NCBI GenBank assembly: GCA_905178155.1
Contig: CAJINV010000005.1
Location: forward strand, 8,959,222 to 9,023,221
Reading direction: 5' to 3'
Length of the DNA stretch: 64,000 nucleotides
Origin: Amoebophrya sp. A120
Taxonomy: Eukaryota; Protista; Dinoflagellata
The position numbers and the translations under genes were made by a program. A model generated the notes under the pieces. That model did not search any database. It saw only the letters and a list, made by a program, of their open reading frames with translations, and was not told the DNA's origin. Position 1 is the first letter of the stretch, and the number at the start of each line of letters is the position of its first letter. Positions 62,114 through 64,000 of this stretch are shown here, one piece after another.

Positions 62114-64000
62114 TCACACTCGTAGACGCAAAACACCCAAGTATACACAAAAAAACGCACTGGACATGTGTCTACTTTCTATTCTTACCTCTTCTCCTAC
62201 CGCCTGTTCCTTGTCCCAACCAGATTCCGCCATCGTTCCGTAAGACCCCGCCAGTTTGTCCTCTTCAAAACCACTTTGCTGCTCCTTTCCCCGTATCAAA
62301 TGCAAATATGTGTGGGTCTGGAAAAGTGCAACGTTTGTCATGCACGTTTTGCATGACGCATGAGGTCTGTGATGCATGCCCTGGCATCACAGATTCTGTG
62401 AGATCTTTGCGATGCCTTTTCCGCATGAGAAACTGCCTCTTGGCTTGCTCAAAAGTGGACAGCTATCTTTGTAATCATGCAACACAGGGCTTTGCATGAT
62501 TCAGACTTAGCATGACAAGTTGTACTCTTCCAGACCCAAACATATGCAATGCATACCCCGCCTCGGCGATCCGTAGTTTATTCTGTGTAAAAACGCCCCC
62601 ACCCCAGAGCTGTCATGCAAGTCTGCATGCCAAGAAAGTTTCTCGTGCGGAGCCCCATAAGAAGCATTTTCTAGTCGTGTTTATTTGGAATTTGTGATGC
62701 TAAAATCAGCCTGATATGCTAATTCTGTGATGCTTCTAAACTACCTCGACAGGATTACACGACGAGGACAGACTTGCCATGCGAATGAAACAAACAAAGC
62801 TGACTAATTTGCCTAGCAGATTCCGTATCTTGACTCTGGTGTGGGGACGTTTTTACTCAGGATATAGTTTCTGTTTCCACCGCCATCACCTTTGTAGTAC
62901 CGAAAGCAGATCGCGAAGATCCGGCGAATATCAAATGCACATATGGCTGGGTCTGGAAGAATGCAGAGGTTTGTGATGCAGCTTTGGCATGACCAAGAAG
63001 GTCTACCATGCACGCCCTAGCATTACAGGTTTTGAGAAGGTCTCCTAATGCGTAACCCGCATGACAAAGCCCTTTTTTCGGTGGCGCGAAATATGCACCT
63101 TTTGGTTTACATGCATGACAGATTTTTGTGTGATGTGAAATGCGCATCACAAGTTCGCATCTTTCCAAAACCAGACATACTGATACTTGCACTGCATAGC
63201 GAAAGATTCCATGGTACCAGCAAAAGAAGACGAACACCAAGATATCAAAAGAAAAAATCCCCCGCCCTCCCCATATCGAAAAGGACACTCGTGGTGCTGG
63301 ATATGCGTACACAAATCAGATTTGTCTTGCAGTAGAGAACTGCAGGCATATGCCAACCCTGGGAAGCGAGGGTCTTGACCACATAGGCGCCGAGCATTAC
63401 AAAGGTCCACACTGCAGACCCAACAGCATCACAAACCGCCTGCTCAATGCGGCGCAGGCTGTGCAATTGCCTCCTTGCAAGACAGATACGATTTGTGGCC
63501 ACAAATCAGCATTGCAAATTCTCTGTGGCTTCCTTTTCGATATGGGGAGGGGGGGAAATTTTTCTTTACGATACAGTACTGGCGCTGCGGCGAAAATGCC
63601 AAAGTGTAACGCCCATGGATGCTTCTGCACGAACCGCGCCAAGTCCTGCATGTCGGCTGGATTGAAAGTGTGCACGTTGAAAGTTTCTTCCCTGTACTTT
63701 GTGCTCCCGGGGCGGGTGGACCTGCTTCTTTCCGAACTGGAGTTTCCCTTGTTCATCCCGTGGTTTCCAGAGGATTCTTCTAAACCGTAGCCGTACTGCC
63801 CTTGTCCTCCGGCCTCCCCCGGACTGGTGGTAGAAGCCACAGCGGAAGAAGAAGCCGAAGTGGTTACTTCTAGCAAGGTTCTACTTTCGTCCGCTGCAGC
63901 ACGATCATCACCGGTCGTAGAGATGACTTGTGGTTCTGAGCTGGCGACTTCTGGTCCGTGAGTCTCAAACTCGGTCACCGCTACACTTTGCTCGTCGGGT
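62114..64000 (-). CDS. 3' part of a hypothetical membrane protein; start outside the window, 3' end uncertain
   Basis: ORF 63397..63978 continues across 4 introners: ...HFGIFAAAPVLVFVFFCWYHGIFRRIFAICFRYYKG...RNYGSPRRGKEQQ... Confidence 0.65.
62294..62555. mobile_element. Introner, family A
   Basis: TSD CCCCG. Confidence 0.9.
62579..62864. mobile_element. Introner, family B
   Basis: TSD TAGTT. Confidence 0.9.
62929..63198. mobile_element. Introner, family A
   Basis: TSD GCGAA. Confidence 0.85.
63243..63573. mobile_element. Introner, family C
   Basis: TSD CAAGA/CAGTA. Confidence 0.9.

Noticed and set aside
15577-63573. Reading the terminal TA dinucleotides as Tc1/mariner TSDs
   Set aside because: A separate variable 5-bp duplication lies outside the TA, and the empty site lacks TA, so TA belongs to the TIR.
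15740-63790. Many short ORFs with recurring peptides such as NVWVWK, FQTQT, PDPD, VML and NPPSPY
   Set aside because: These are translations of introner TIRs or antisense shadows of real exons.

Overview
Eukaryotic genomic DNA. Host genes are densely interrupted by short TIR elements with 5-bp target-site duplications (TSDs) that must be removed as mostly non-GT-AG introns. This architecture points to a Syndiniales parasite such as Amoebophrya (inference). (1) About 1-15 kb is a GC-rich, element-like block with three + strand genes: a Cys/His-rich unknown protein, an OTU-like cysteine protease, and a ~1957-aa multidomain gene (6561-13779). After removing two insertions and one +1 frameshift, that gene reads as D5-like SF3 helicase + TVpol (family-A-related primase-polymerase) + Zn ribbon/HTH + IS1595/Merlin-type DDE transposase. 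It is a candidate new class of self-synthesizing transposon and is followed by 80-bp and 91-bp tandem repeats. (2) About 15-64 kb holds - strand host genes: a membrane protein, a hypothetical protein, a ~2268-aa protein with four tandem kinase-like domains, a CCR4/nocturnin-family EEP nuclease, Nup93/Nic96 and a partial membrane protein. About 50 distinct introner elements from six TIR families (called A-F here) share TAT(C/G)...(G/C)ATA ends and an internal GCATNACA motif. Also present: a 1.19-kb insertion with a 32-bp direct repeat, and a 7,283-bp duplication split by a single N, which is probably an assembly artefact. All domain calls come from motif recognition by eye, not database searches.
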